Positions 9,198 through 19,110 of a stretch of DNA of 64,000 nucleotides are shown piece after piece (within the stretch, counting starts at the first letter, position 1; every line of letters begins with the position of its first letter). Source of the DNA: a virus (taxonomy: Duplodnaviria > Caudoviricetes); IMG/VR virus record IMGVR_UViG_3300028602_000007, positions 32,001 through 96,000 of that record; one strand, 5' to 3'. The notes under the pieces were generated by a model. The model saw nothing but the letters and a program-made list of their open reading frames with translations. It was not told the origin of the DNA and searched no databases. A program made the translations under genes and the position numbers.

Positions 9198-10811
9198 ATG
9201 TTTAATGTAAAACGGATAAATCAATTAGAAAAAATTCTACTAGAATCGAATTTAATAAAAACAAATCAACAATTTGTTGCGATAAATCAAGATTATCAAA
9301 AAGCAAATAATGATAATGATAAATCAAATATATATCAAAGATTAGATTATTTAATTGATATGATGATTGATCAACAAATTATTAATTTTGAAAAAGATCT
9401 TGAACAACCAATTGGTGAACGTGAATTTGGCTCTGATTATGGAACTAAATTAATTATCGAATATTTAAAATATTGTAAAACTAGATTAATTAAACTAAGT
9501 GAATTAATTAATGTTGAACTTAAAAAAAGTAGCATTAATACTGAAAAATTAAAAAGTTTATCAATTGATAGAATTAAAATAGCTGCTAGAATCGAAGCAT
9601 TAGATCAAATATATACAGCATTTAAAAAAATTAATGATCAAGATTTACATGAACGAGCAGAATCAGTCTTATCTGAAATTATACGAATCAAATCTGAAAT
9701 GACGAATGCATATGCTAAATCAATTGAAGAGATTGGACTTGCGATTAAAGAACCATTAATTTTAATAAAAAAACAAGATAAACAAAAAGAACAAAAAAAA
9801 GAGTATGCAGGTTCAATATTAACTAAATTAAATGGATTAGATACAATTATTCAATTTTATCCAGCTGATGATAAAAAACAAGCTGAGCAAGCTGAGAATA
9901 CAATAGAAGGAACTATTATAAATGAAATTGGAAATGAAGATTTTGAGAAAATAAAAAAAGAAATTTTAAATAGTGAAGAAGAACTTGTAATATTAAGAAG
10001 AATTTTAAGATTAAAGTACATGCATTTTGGAAGTGAAGAAGATCTATTTAAAGAAGTAGATCAAATAAAAGTTTCGATAAATGGACTTGAAGGAACTCGA
10101 AATAGAATGCCAATTTCTAAACCTGCAGCAATCACGTATTTGCGAAAAGTATTACAAGATGAAGTTTCTAAAATTTTAGCTAATATGAGAGCTAAAAACA
10201 TAACAACTAAAGAAACTAAAGGAATTCATTATGATTTTAATATTAAATTACCATTATATACAAAAGTTGCATTGTCAGTTAATGGAAAACAAATTGCAGA
10301 TAATTCAAAAATTATGAAATTTAGAAAAAGGTTTCAATCTATAATGGATTTAATACCGGCTGGATCAATCGAAACTACTCCAGCTGGAGAAGCTTGGGCA
10401 AATTTTGGACAACAAACACATTTAGCATACGCAAAAGTATTGAATAAAGCAGGTAGAGTTATAGGAAAAATGGTTGGTGGAAGAGAAGGGGAAATGAAAG
10501 GAGATGCTATAACTAGATTACTTATACCTAGTACAGATGTACTAAATAATGATAAATTAAGATCAAATGAAACAATTAATGAAGAAGGAAGTCCTGTAGC
10601 CGGTGGATCTACTCCAGGGACAGCATATCAAGTTCCCAGTAGTATTGGATCGCAAGGGGCAATACAACCACCAACTGAAAATACAATTGGATCTGGAGAT
10701 AAATTTCAGCCAGGAATACCTAAGAAAAAAACTAAAAAGAAAAAGAAAAAGAAAAAGACAGTATATGAAAAAAGGTTAACTGTTATGAATTTTTCAACAT
10801 TTTCAAAATAA
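9198..10811 (+). CDS. probable head-associated protein with capsid-N-arm-like C-terminal segment and poly-Lys tail
   Basis: 537-aa helical ORF; C-terminus PGTAYQVPSSIGSQGAIQPPT..GSGDKF followed by KKKTKKKKKKKK. Confidence 0.55.
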   Translation: MFNVKRINQLEKILLESNLIKTNQQFVAINQDYQKANNDNDKSNIYQRLDYLIDMMIDQQIINFEKDLEQPIGEREFGSDYGTKLIIEYLKYCKTRLIKLSELINVELKKSSINTEKLKSLSIDRIKIAARIEALDQIYTAFKKINDQDLHERAESVLSEIIRIKSEMTNAYAKSIEEIGLAIKEPLILIKKQDKQKEQKKEYAGSILTKLNGLDTIIQFYPADDKKQAEQAENTIEGTIINEIGNEDFEKIKKEILNSEEELVILRRILRLKYMHFGSEEDLFKEVDQIKVSINGLEGTRNRMPISKPAAITYLRKVLQDEVSKILANMRAKNITTKETKGIHYDFNIKLPLYTKVALSVNGKQIADNSKIMKFRKRFQSIMDLIPAGSIETTPAGEAWANFGQQTHLAYAKVLNKAGRVIGKMVGGREGEMKGDAITRLLIPSTDVLNNDKLRSNETINEEGSPVAGGSTPGTAYQVPSSIGSQGAIQPPTENTIGSGDKFQPGIPKKKTKKKKKKKKTVYEKRLTVMNFSTFSK

Positions 10812-10820
10812 TTACAAATA

Positions 10821-11534
10821 ATGAATTTTAAAATACAAGATCGAGTTATTATAAAAAGTAAAGACCAAGAAGAAGAAAATATGAAAATATTTCAAAAATT
10901 ACAAGGTATTCCCGGTATAATAACTGATATTTATTATAATGATTATGCGCCAGAAACGCAAAGATATGAAGTTACAATAAAAAAACCAATAATAACAGAA
11001 GACGGAATTGAGCTCACAGTAATTGATGGGTTATATAATGAAAATTTATTAATGGCAAATAATCCAGATAAAATATCTGAAAATAATCATGCAATTACTT
11101 CATTTTTGGTATATGAATCTATAGAAAACGGTTCATGGTATTATGGATTAGTTGATTGTCATGGAATTATTTCATTTATTAAAGAGCCTGATGAATCAGA
11201 TGAATGGAGCGATGTTGATCAATTATTCGATATAGGGCTAATTGATATAGATTCTAGCGATTCTCCTGAAAAAAAAGAATATAATAAAAAGGTTAATATG
11301 ATGAGCATGACAGCTCGAGCAAATCAACAACGATATACTCTTGTATATCGAGCAAAAGTTTCACCAGAAACAGCTACCGATATTAGTTTATTATTAAAAA
11401 AAGGAAACGAGGAAGAAGCATTAAATATATTAAAAAATGAAGCAATCGAAGTTCAGCTTGCAAAAAATGGTGGAATTAATTTAGAAAAAGCATGGGATAA
11501 AATCCCAAATCCAATGCTCGATCCTATGTATTAA
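10821..11534 (+). CDS. hypothetical protein, possible N-terminal SH3/KOW-like domain
   Basis: 237-aa ORF in the late operon; FKIQDRVII start; internal ITSFLVYE. Confidence 0.5.
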   Translation: MNFKIQDRVIIKSKDQEEENMKIFQKLQGIPGIITDIYYNDYAPETQRYEVTIKKPIITEDGIELTVIDGLYNENLLMANNPDKISENNHAITSFLVYESIENGSWYYGLVDCHGIISFIKEPDESDEWSDVDQLFDIGLIDIDSSDSPEKKEYNKKVNMMSMTARANQQRYTLVYRAKVSPETATDISLLLKKGNEEEALNILKNEAIEVQLAKNGGINLEKAWDKIPNPMLDPMY

Positions 11535-11563
11535 ATAAATATTTTCAATATTGTAAATTGCCT

Positions 11564-11571
11564 AATAAATA
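11564..11571 (+). promoter_or_regulatory. T4-like late promoter for the baseplate module
   Basis: AATAAATA about 20 nt before the ATG. Confidence 0.65.
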
Positions 11572-11590
11572 ATTAAAAGTAATTTATAAT

Positions 11591-13732
11591 ATGACAGGTG
11601 GATTTTCTATTTTTGACCAGCTTAGTGGATTTACCTATAATACAGTTGGTCCATTCGCTAATTTTCCAATTATTAATACTAGCCCTAAGTCAACACTATT
11701 AAAAGTAGAAGAAGCTTTTTCTGGAGTAAATTACTTAGAAGCTTTAACTAAAACAAGTAAAGCTGGATTAGTTGATAATTTAAGCAATTTAAATAATTAT
11801 AAAAATTCAGGAGGCTCATTACAGTCATCTGACGCCGATTCTATCTTTAATAAGTTTTCAATATTTAAATATTCAAAATTTATTAATGGTGCAGTATATC
11901 AGCCGCAAGCTCATTTTATTGGATATGGATTAGGAACAAAAAATGATCCAAACAATGATGCAAACCCGCTTATTAATCTAGCAACAACTACTAATAATAT
12001 ATTATCAGCAAATAATGAAATTGCTAGACAAAAACGAATAAACAGTTTAGTAACAGATAATGAGCTTGCTTCAATAATGGCAAATGCAATTGAAAAAAAT
12101 GAATTAATTACACAATCTGCGAATGAATATGCAATTAAAAATGCATCTAGTATTGCAAACCCAACTGCAAAAAATATAATAAAATGGGCAAGCACTCAAT
12201 CAATGCATAGTACAACTGGATTTCAGCCATATGCAATGACCGATTTTATGTTTTGTAAAAATTATGGAAAAATTCCAAATAATAGATTAATTACACTAAG
12301 GCGATATCCTTTTCCAATTGATGATGCGTTAAGAATACCAGGTAGAAAAAATCCAATTCCAATTGCGCAAGCAGTTACTTGGTTTGGCGGAGATACTAAA
12401 AATACATTATCTAAAATCGGAGTAATGAATTGGAATATGAAATGGAAAACACTAAAAGTTACAGAACAAGAAATTGAAGGTAATGAAGTAACAGTTACTG
12501 ATTTAGCGAATGTTTTTAAAAAAATACCAAAACTTGAAAAATTAGGAGATACGTTATTGAGTGTTTACGTTGGACTTAATGGAAATAATGCACAACTACA
12601 ACAGTTATCTGGAATTGAAAAACGCATGCAAGACTATATTAGAGCATTATATACTGACACTGGACCTTATTGGAATCGAGTATATGGACCAGTTAATGTA
12701 ATACATGAATCTACTCGTAGAGAAAGAGGAATGCAAGATGGATGGGACACACCATTTACTATTAATTTTCATTATTCATTTAGATCATTTAATGGTCTAA
12801 GTCCTAAAATTGTTGCTTTAGATTTAATATCGAACTTTCTAAATTTAACATATAATGATGCAGAATTTTTAGGACAATTATCTAGATATTTTCCAAGATT
12901 AGGAGTTAAGTTTGATCAAACAATGACGGAGTTAATAGGAGAAGTATTAACTAAATGGGGAACAAGTTTCAATAATGATTTTGCGTCAATCGCAGATCAA
13001 TTGAACCCTATATTAAATGCAATGAAAACTTCTGCATTAAAATCGTATGATGATTTAATTCAAACTGACGGAGCTGGCAATAATTTCTTTAAAACAGTCG
13101 AAACTGGAGCAGTTAATACTGCACAAGCCTTAACTTCTTCTTTACTGTCAGAAGTTATTCCTAAATGGATTTCAGCTAAATCTGCTTTGTCAGATCGACC
13201 AATTGGCGAATGGCATTTGGTCGTTGGAAATCCAATGAATCCTATAATGACAATGGGAGATTTAATCGTTAATCAATGTACCTTAGAATTTGACGAAGAA
13301 ATGGGGCCTGATGATTTTCCAACGGGGTGTACTTTTTCAGTAAAATTAAAACAAGGAAAGCCTAGAGACAAAGTAGCAATAGAACGTATTTTTAACTTAG
13401 GACAAGCTAAATTAACATATAATAAATTAAGAAATCCATCATCAGCCGATGATACTTTTGGTGAAACTAATAATGAAAAATGGAAAGAACTAGTTAATGG
13501 TAGTGTTAATGGAGAAAACGCACTCTCTGATGAAGAAAAAGAATATATAACACAAACGTTAGGAACAGGATCATTTGATCAATATAGAAATCGTATAAGA
13601 AAATCTTATGGATATACAGCTACGCCAGATACTAAAGTTTCTAATCAAGATGGAAGCTCTTCGAGTGAATTAGGTATGATGGATGATTCATTATTATGGT
13701 TATACTTTGATAGAGGAGAAGAAAAAACCTAA
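11591..13732 (+). CDS. putative baseplate/tail structural protein (possibly tube-initiator-like)
   Basis: 713 aa; first gene after late promoter 11564-11571; leads the baseplate module; C-terminal beta-rich DDFPTGCTFSVKLK segment. Confidence 0.5.
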   Translation: MTGGFSIFDQLSGFTYNTVGPFANFPIINTSPKSTLLKVEEAFSGVNYLEALTKTSKAGLVDNLSNLNNYKNSGGSLQSSDADSIFNKFSIFKYSKFINGAVYQPQAHFIGYGLGTKNDPNNDANPLINLATTTNNILSANNEIARQKRINSLVTDNELASIMANAIEKNELITQSANEYAIKNASSIANPTAKNIIKWASTQSMHSTTGFQPYAMTDFMFCKNYGKIPNNRLITLRRYPFPIDDALRIPGRKNPIPIAQAVTWFGGDTKNTLSKIGVMNWNMKWKTLKVTEQEIEGNEVTVTDLANVFKKIPKLEKLGDTLLSVYVGLNGNNAQLQQLSGIEKRMQDYIRALYTDTGPYWNRVYGPVNVIHESTRRERGMQDGWDTPFTINFHYSFRSFNGLSPKIVALDLISNFLNLTYNDAEFLGQLSRYFPRLGVKFDQTMTELIGEVLTKWGTSFNNDFASIADQLNPILNAMKTSALKSYDDLIQTDGAGNNFFKTVETGAVNTAQALTSSLLSEVIPKWISAKSALSDRPIGEWHLVVGNPMNPIMTMGDLIVNQCTLEFDEEMGPDDFPTGCTFSVKLKQGKPRDKVAIERIFNLGQAKLTYNKLRNPSSADDTFGETNNEKWKELVNGSVNGENALSDEEKEYITQTLGTGSFDQYRNRIRKSYGYTATPDTKVSNQDGSSSSELGMMDDSLLWLYFDRGEEKT

Positions 13733-13738
13733 TTAATT

Positions 13739-14533
13739 ATGTTATTTTTAAAAACATTAACAAATAAAAAAACATTTACTAAAGCAAATGGAGATCTTCT
13801 TGTTGATCTAATAAGAAGGTCGGTATCATTTTTAGGAATTCGTACAAATTCTGGTAAAACATATATAGTAACAGAAGAGACTGCAATGCGGCCTGATTTA
13901 GTATCTCAATATTTCTATCAAGATCAAAATTATTTAGATGTATTATTAAAATATAATGGATATTCTAATCCATTTGCATTAGACGTCGGTGATATATTAA
14001 AAATTCCTAATGTTAAAACACTTGAAAAATTTAGCAAAGAACAAGTAGATGAAGTAATTGGCAGTAATGGTTATACTGGAGGAACTGACACTTTTGGTAC
14101 AAGTGCAGGATCATTATCAAATAATATAATGAGTCGCAAAAAATCAACAAATATTGTTCTTTCTCCAAAAACAAAAAAAGACAAAGCTAGATTAAAATAT
14201 CTATTACAAAGAAGTAATATCGCAGATGCTAATTTGGCTAAGTTGAATGCATTAATTAATAGTGGATCAATTAATCCAGAAGATATAACTAGTCAAGTAT
14301 TAGCTGCACTGCAGGGTGGAAATTTTTCTGGGACAAAACCTTCAAATTCAGCATTTCAAGTTGGAAATACTGTACCTGTTCCTCCAAATATTGCATTAGA
14401 TAATGGAGTAAAAATAGAAAATGGAAGAATAATATTTGGAGCAGACGTAACTAATCTTAAAAAAGAAGATTGTACAGAACCAGTATCTAGAGCTAAACTA
14501 AAAGAAACTCTATTAAAAAATAAAATTGCATAA
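13739..14533 (+). CDS. gp53: baseplate wedge protein gp53-like (LysM-like)
   Basis: RPDLVSQYFY...LLKYNGYSNPFALDVGDILKIP is the gp53/LysM pattern. Confidence 0.75.
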   Translation: MLFLKTLTNKKTFTKANGDLLVDLIRRSVSFLGIRTNSGKTYIVTEETAMRPDLVSQYFYQDQNYLDVLLKYNGYSNPFALDVGDILKIPNVKTLEKFSKEQVDEVIGSNGYTGGTDTFGTSAGSLSNNIMSRKKSTNIVLSPKTKKDKARLKYLLQRSNIADANLAKLNALINSGSINPEDITSQVLAALQGGNFSGTKPSNSAFQVGNTVPVPPNIALDNGVKIENGRIIFGADVTNLKKEDCTEPVSRAKLKETLLKNKIA

Positions 14534-16095
14534 TGTCGCAAGAAAATAGAATACTCATAAGAAATGCTCCAACACTTACTCCTAGATTAATAGCATTACC
14601 AGACTATGAAAGCGAAAAAGCTAAAAATAGTAACAGGCAATTATTTGATAGAGAAGGAGCTAGTACGTATCGTCGGCAATCTGGAAAATCTAATCCACTT
14701 ATTAAAATAGGAACTTCAATTTTACCTAGCAATAATATTATGTCTTTAGAAATTAGACAAGATTCTTTTATTCCTGAAATTCAATTAATGTTCACAGATT
14801 ATGAATTTGCATTTACGTCTAGAACATATCCGGTTTCAGACATAATTGTTAGTATATTTATACAATCCAATGTAAAAGAACTAAAATCTTTTTCTGGAGA
14901 TTTTATAATTACAAATATTTCATCAATTCCTATCCCCGGAAGTAATAATATTATGTATTCAGTTAGTGGAGAATTACATATACCTAAATTATATTCTTCA
15001 TATTCAAAATCATATAAAAATATGTCGTCATTAGCAGTCCTTGAACAAGTAGCAAATGAATTAAATTTAGGATTTGCAGATAATCAGCCAGAAGGAACTA
15101 ATGATATCATGACATGGTTAATGCCAAATATTTCATATAGAGAATTTATTAATCAAGTTATAAAGTTTGCTTATAAAAATGATAATTCATTTTTTGATTG
15201 TTTTATAGATCGGTATTATAATTTAAATTTTATTAATGTTGAAAAACAATTTGCTAAAGATACAGAAATTGATACTGGGTATATTGCAAGAGACCAATCT
15301 AACCTTAATATGAATCGAGTATTACCAAATGACGAATTTGATTCAGTTGAAGTTCCTATTATTTTAACAAATCATCCAAATATAAAAGGTAACGAATTTT
15401 ACATAATTGATTTTAATTTAATTAGTAATCATGGTGAAATATTAAAAAAATATGCAATTCGCAGTTATTTATATTGGTATGAGCATGGATCAGCAAGTCC
15501 TAGTGTAGAAAACGAACCAACTAAAAAATTAGAAAGTCCACCATTTAGAATGCAGTATGTAGAACCATTAATATCAACGATAACAAACGATGGAAAGCTC
15601 CCACAAACTACTAGTTTAAATGAATATGCAACAAATGATGAAACTAGTCCAATTGTAAATGACCGAGATTGGGCTGGCTTGGATTATGGAAATGCACATC
15701 CTTCTTATAAATTCGCAGAATTATTAAATTTTAAAAATAAAATAGAAATAGAAAAAAATTTATTAGAAATAACATTATCTGGATTCAGTTTAAATATTAT
15801 TAGAGGAAGCCGCGTTAGAGTTGAAATGTTTTTAAATAGATTATCTGCATTAAATTCAAATGTTTTAGCTGAAGATTATGACCCCGAGTCAGAACCAGTA
15901 TTAAATGATATAGAAGATAATACATCAGAAAGAAATAGTGCACTGAATAATTTAGTTGAAGATAAAGTATTAAGTGATTTTTATTATGTTAAAGAAATTA
16001 CATACACATATAAAGATGGTAAATTTATGACTCATTTAAAACTGAGCAGAAGACATTGGATTTTACCATTACCTAAAAATGAAATTTATGTATAA
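14533..16095 (+). CDS. putative baseplate hub protein (gp27/gpD-like)
   Basis: Lies between gp53-like and gp5-like genes; C-terminal RGSRVRV...YYVKEITYTY...THLKLSRR matches the hub-fold pattern. Confidence 0.55.
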   Translation: MSQENRILIRNAPTLTPRLIALPDYESEKAKNSNRQLFDREGASTYRRQSGKSNPLIKIGTSILPSNNIMSLEIRQDSFIPEIQLMFTDYEFAFTSRTYPVSDIIVSIFIQSNVKELKSFSGDFIITNISSIPIPGSNNIMYSVSGELHIPKLYSSYSKSYKNMSSLAVLEQVANELNLGFADNQPEGTNDIMTWLMPNISYREFINQVIKFAYKNDNSFFDCFIDRYYNLNFINVEKQFAKDTEIDTGYIARDQSNLNMNRVLPNDEFDSVEVPIILTNHPNIKGNEFYIIDFNLISNHGEILKKYAIRSYLYWYEHGSASPSVENEPTKKLESPPFRMQYVEPLISTITNDGKLPQTTSLNEYATNDETSPIVNDRDWAGLDYGNAHPSYKFAELLNFKNKIEIEKNLLEITLSGFSLNIIRGSRVRVEMFLNRLSALNSNVLAEDYDPESEPVLNDIEDNTSERNSALNNLVEDKVLSDFYYVKEITYTYKDGKFMTHLKLSRRHWILPLPKNEIYV

Positions 16096-17210
16096 TGGCA
16101 ACACCAATAAACGAAATAAGTAGAGTTAATCAATTTATAAAATCATCAGTAGATGATTACCAAGACCCTATATTTTTAACATTCGCAATTGATTTTTTTC
16201 CAATAGAAAAACAATATCCAATGGGCGATCGTTTATTAAATTCAGCTTTATTAAAACCAAAAAATGGATCAGATTTAATAGATGAAAAAAATAGAGAAGT
16301 TGAATTTTCTGCAATAAAATGGTTAAATGAATATTACCAAGGTTTCGATCATCCAAGGAGAGACCCAGCTGTCGCATTAGCTAGAATGCATAGTAATTTA
16401 AAATTAGTTCAAGATTCTCCATGGTATTTTCAATCAATTACTGGAATTGGAGATTTATGGAACCGTTCATATAATGTAGAAAGAGGAAATAAATTGACAA
16501 AAATAACAATTAATGCAGTTGATTCAATTAAACAGCCATTAACAGAAATCGCTGAAGATTATATGACTGCTGTCTATGATCAAGATAGATTATCATATAG
16601 ATTGCCTGATAATTTAAGATGGTTTGATATGACAATTGCATTATTTGAAATACGTAATATACAAGACTATTCAAATAATTTTTTTCAATATGATGAACGT
16701 GGAAATTTAATAAGTGGATTAAACGTTGTTAAATTTAATTGTAAAATGTGCGAATTTGATTTTACTAACTTTTTAGACGGATCAATTTCTGAACATACGA
16801 TTTATAATAACGAAAAGCCACTTTCTCCAAGAGTCGATATTAATATTGGTTGGGTTGAACAAGAAAGAATTACATTGGGAGAAGGTGAAGACTATCGAAA
16901 AATGGCACTAGTTGGAGGCGTTTTAGACACATTAAATAATAGACTAAGTAGATTTATTCAAAATGCAACAAGATTGCCAGGAGAAATCATCGGATCAGTA
17001 CTAAATGAAGTACAGACATTTGCTGAAGTTAAAACAATGGGAAATATTTATACTGGAGCAAATGCTGCATTAACAAATATGCGAAATATACCAGGAAGAT
17101 TAACTGGAAGAAATCCAATAGTCGGCCCGCCTAATTCTAGTAGTGTTGGAGATGATATATATCAAGATATAAATACACCAAAGGTTGATAATATCGGTAA
17201 TGTATATTAA
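16095..17210 (+). CDS. putative baseplate/tail-tube-fold protein
   Basis: 371-aa ORF translationally coupled within the baseplate module. Confidence 0.45.
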   Translation: MATPINEISRVNQFIKSSVDDYQDPIFLTFAIDFFPIEKQYPMGDRLLNSALLKPKNGSDLIDEKNREVEFSAIKWLNEYYQGFDHPRRDPAVALARMHSNLKLVQDSPWYFQSITGIGDLWNRSYNVERGNKLTKITINAVDSIKQPLTEIAEDYMTAVYDQDRLSYRLPDNLRWFDMTIALFEIRNIQDYSNNFFQYDERGNLISGLNVVKFNCKMCEFDFTNFLDGSISEHTIYNNEKPLSPRVDINIGWVEQERITLGEGEDYRKMALVGGVLDTLNNRLSRFIQNATRLPGEIIGSVLNEVQTFAEVKTMGNIYTGANAALTNMRNIPGRLTGRNPIVGPPNSSSVGDDIYQDINTPKVDNIGNVY

Positions 17211-17241
17211 TCTATTTTATAAAAGTTAGTATAAAATTAAA

Positions 17242-18027
17242 ATGAATAAAACACAAAGAAATAATAAATATCAAGCAATTTATTTAGGAAAAGTTGAAGA
17301 TATAGATGACCCTTTGTACGAAGGCAGATGTAAAATTAGAGTATTTTCTATATTTGATAATTTAGAATTAGAAGATTTGCCATGGGCAGCACCTGCGGCA
17401 AAACCGTTATTTTTTGGACAAGACGCAAGAAGTGGATCATTATCAATTCCTAAAGTCGGAGCAATTGTTAAAATTATATTTGCAAACGGTGATATTTATT
17501 CTCCAGAATATATTCAAATACAAGAAGTTGGTGATGATATTAAAGATGAATTAAAAAAGGGTGGTACTAAATATGAAGGTGCACATTTTATTTTATTCGA
17601 CGGCGATGAAGAAATTAAAGTTTGGTTTGATCAAGAAATCGGATTACAAATAGAATTAAAGAAATCATTCGTTCGCATAGATAATAACACTTCTAATATT
17701 TTAATTGAACATAAGGATAATTTATCATCAATTTCATTAGAAGATAATGTTATTAGAATAGTGTCAGACTCAGAAGTAAAAGTTACAACTGGATCAAAAG
17801 CAACAATTACTGCAAAAACAGTTCATATTGATGGATTAAATACAGTACTCGGAGCTAGCTCTATACAGAATAGTGCAGTTAGAGGAGAACCATTGATGGC
17901 ATTACTTAAAACAATAGCAGCTGCAGTAGATGCTAAAATGCCAGCAACAGCTGGGGCATTGGCAGCAACAGTAGAAGCGTCAAAACCTATGGTATTATCT
18001 AGATCAGTAACAGTTGGTGCTTTCTAA
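17242..18027 (+). CDS. gp5: baseplate central spike gp5-like (N-terminal OB domain plus short beta-helix, no lysozyme domain)
   Basis: YLGKVEDIDDPLYEGRCKIRV...LPWA...IPKVGAIV is the Gp5 OB-fold signature. Confidence 0.85.
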   Translation: MNKTQRNNKYQAIYLGKVEDIDDPLYEGRCKIRVFSIFDNLELEDLPWAAPAAKPLFFGQDARSGSLSIPKVGAIVKIIFANGDIYSPEYIQIQEVGDDIKDELKKGGTKYEGAHFILFDGDEEIKVWFDQEIGLQIELKKSFVRIDNNTSNILIEHKDNLSSISLEDNVIRIVSDSEVKVTTGSKATITAKTVHIDGLNTVLGASSIQNSAVRGEPLMALLKTIAAAVDAKMPATAGALAATVEASKPMVLSRSVTVGAF

Positions 18028-18854
18028 AAAGAAATATTAAATTCATTTTCACACGTAGTAAGTTCAACTTCTTCTTTTGGTGTTGAACTATCACCTAAAT
18101 GAGATTTACTAAAACTTAATTTATGAGTTGTTCTAGATTTATTAATATCTTCTTCTAAGGTAGGAATATCTAATCTATTTGGAAAAAATCGACTAGATGC
18201 ATAATATTTATCAGCTAAGTTATTTCTAACCATTTCCATATGATGCATAGAAATATCATCTCTATTTAATACTTTTACTTTTACATAATTATCATCAACT
18301 AATCCACGAGTTGGATCTATTCCTGAAAAATGAGTTTGCATAACATGATGTCTAGAATTAGCAGTTATTCTATAAATAAATGGAACTTTCCATCTAGCAT
18401 ATCCTCTATGCAAAGTTGGCGAAACATAATTTATGTATTCGACAGCGGTTGCATCTAAGTTTTCATTTTCAATAATTTCTTTTGCTTTTATAAATTCATG
18501 TTCCCTATAAAATTCGTCAGCATCCATCGAAAGATAATGTGTACATTTATTAAAAATAGCAAAATTTAAACAATCTTGTCTTTTATTTAATTCAAATCTC
18601 TTTGCTTGCATCACTTCATTTGGACTAATTAATCTACTTGGTATGAATTTTGTAAAATGAATTAAGTGATCAATTAATTTATCATTTTTTAATTTATTTA
18701 AAGTTGGAAGTAAATTAGGCGAACACTGAGTTCCTCCCCAAGAAATAGTTTGATATGAAACTATTACTATATCAACAACCTCTCTAATTGAACGAATTGA
18801 TTGCTCTAATGTTTCTAACCCATCAAATACTATATACCCTGCTGCTAATTTCAT
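18024..18854 (-). CDS. glycosyltransferase, GT-A fold (family 2-like)
   Basis: LEQSIRSIREVVD N-terminus, KRQDCL, MDADEFY DxD motif. Confidence 0.8.
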   Translation of the reverse strand: MKLAAGYIVFDGLETLEQSIRSIREVVDIVIVSYQTISWGGTQCSPNLLPTLNKLKNDKLIDHLIHFTKFIPSRLISPNEVMQAKRFELNKRQDCLNFAIFNKCTHYLSMDADEFYREHEFIKAKEIIENENLDATAVEYINYVSPTLHRGYARWKVPFIYRITANSRHHVMQTHFSGIDPTRGLVDDNYVKVKVLNRDDISMHHMEMVRNNLADKYYASSRFFPNRLDIPTLEEDINKSRTTHKLSFSKSHLGDSSTPKEEVELTTCENEFNISF

Positions 18855-18871
18855 TTATTAATATCTATTAT

Positions 18872-19075
18872 TTAATAATGATCTGTTTTTCCACAAATTT
18901 GACATTCATAATGATTTTTATGCGAATCATTACCTATACATTCAAATGCAGATTTGCCGTCTTCGTATTTATGAGTACAAATTTCTTGCATTGCATCAAT
19001 CGCGTTATTAATTTTAGATATTCGAGCTTTTAATTCAGTTCGCTCATTTTTTAATTTAGTTATTGTGTCTTTCAT
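18872..19075 (-). CDS. small coiled-coil/zinc-ribbon protein
   Basis: Coiled coil followed by CTH...CQICG. Confidence 0.55.
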   Translation of the reverse strand: MKDTITKLKNERTELKARISKINNAIDAMQEICTHKYEDGKSAFECIGNDSHKNHYECQICGKTDHY

Positions 19076-19110
19076 AATTAATAGATTTTAAATTTTTAAA
19101 TATAATTTTT

